DNA of 34,226 nucleotides from a virus (Duplodnaviria; Caudoviricetes), in IMG/VR virus record IMGVR_UViG_3300008120_000416, positions 1-34,226 of that record; one strand, 5' to 3'. The translations under genes and the position numbers were made by a program. Shown piece after piece: positions 34,045-34,226 of the stretch; the first letter of the stretch is position 1, and each line of letters opens with the position of its first letter. The notes under the pieces were generated by a model, which was given only the letters and a program-made list of their open reading frames with translations, did no database searches and was not told where the DNA came from.

Positions 34045-34226
34045 GCGAGCAGGTAACCCACGAACAAATCTACGCTAGGCTCGTTGCAGTTGAGAGCAAG
34101 GTAGATTCAATCGACAAGAACACAAAAGGTCTTGTAGAGGCTATAAATGCCCTCGATGGGGCTTTTAAAGTCCTTGGGTGGGTTGCTTCTATTGCTCAAC
34201 CTGTCTTATGGATAGGTGGGTTAATC
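34041..34226 (+). CDS. Partial coiled-coil plus TM protein (alternative first lysis-module gene)
   Basis: MSEQVTHEQIYARLVAVESKVDSIDKNTKGLVEAINALDGAFKVLGWVASIAQPVLWIGGLI, runs off the window. Confidence 0.75.
   Translation, partial: MSEQVTHEQIYARLVAVESKVDSIDKNTKGLVEAINALDGAFKVLGWVASIAQPVLWIGGLI

Noticed and set aside
1-34226. Alternative genetic code or stop-codon reassignment
   Set aside because: Genes tile densely under the standard bacterial code, and TAA, TGA and TAG all end genes at sensible boundaries.

Overview
This window looks like an essentially complete, circularly permuted ~34 kb genome of a short-tailed (P22-like head and tail) dsDNA phage. A proteobacterial, possibly freshwater, host is inference only. 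Gene order: expanded lysis cassette (64-3012); leftward early recombination genes (MazG-like, HTH, SSB-like, ERF; 3002-4960); a divergent promoter and operator region with a lone Cro-like gene; replication and modification genes (YdaU/DUF1376 initiator, DNA methyltransferase, RusA); small accessory genes; a tandem ADP-ribosyltransferase-like protein; GIY-YIG, terS, terL, portal, two unusual genes, scaffold, capsid, tail, three probable ejection proteins, tail fibres and an Endo VII-type endonuclease. I saw no integrase, CI, polymerase, helicase, tRNA or CRISPR. Most notable: (1) late proteins sharing terminal (G/S)LL motifs, including a two-ART effector, suggesting a tagged capsid-cargo system; (2) an endonuclease insertion that duplicates the receptor-binding protein C-terminus KFSLAR with almost full synonymous recoding; (3) unnamed structured RNA elements, including a duplicated 5' leader with a covarying pair; (4) imperfectly repeated ends leading into two different lysis-module genes; (5) three apparent short deletions, one fusing a holin-like gene to the spanin. 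All family calls come from motif recognition by eye; no search was run.
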